A DNA stretch of 64,000 nt from an uncultured Clostridia bacterium (lineage in GTDB: Bacteria > Bacillota > Clostridia > Christensenellales > Borkfalkiaceae): NCBI GenBank assembly GCA_964513195.1, contig CAZELQ010000001.1, positions 1,990 to 65,989 on the forward strand, written 5' to 3'. Under the pieces are notes generated by a model. The model ran no database searches. It was not told the DNA's origin and saw nothing but the letters and a program-made list of their open reading frames with translations. Both the position numbers and the translations under genes were made by a program. Position 1 is the stretch's first letter. Each line of letters starts with the position of its first letter. Positions 63,999 through 64,000 of this stretch are shown here, piece by piece.

Positions 63999-64000
63999 CC

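Overview
This window looks like a mostly housekeeping chromosomal segment of a spore-forming Firmicute, probably a clostridial lineage. From left to right it carries the 3' part of htpG, a complete spoIIIAA-AH operon, and a Bacillus-like block (asp23-family, nusB, folD, ispA, dxs, nadK, argR, recN, spoIVB). Next come two DD-carboxypeptidases, lysA, scpA/scpB, ytfI/ytfJ-like genes and rluB, all on the + strand. At about 22.2 kb gene orientation flips. From there nearly everything is on the - strand: lexA, a lone tyrosine recombinase, a full his operon led by a YerC/TrpR-like gene, hisK, rpiB, an LMW phosphatase, tsaC, the replicative helicase, pepF, a UPF0210/ACT pair, lepB, a CDF transporter, pfkB-type kinase, pfkA, dnaE, whiA, murB, yebC, infC-rpmI-rplT and thrS. 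The right-hand exceptions on the + strand are a small Cys-rich ORF, a DnaB/DnaD-type initiator with a G39P-like protein, tRNA-Thr(GGU) and leuS. I saw no CRISPR array, transposon, prophage or recognisable defence system. The most interesting item is a perfect 28-bp 11-6-11 palindrome with extra half-site copies next to the lone recombinase, about 2 kb from the convergent strand switch; this may be a single-recombinase xer/dif-type module at a replication terminus. Other items worth a look are a Cys-rich mini-protein divergent from lexA, an ATPase-less G39P-like protein in the dnaI slot, an SSB-tip-like tail on the helicase, and a structured 150-nt intergenic element. All calls rest on reading the translations and DNA by eye; no searches or computations were run.
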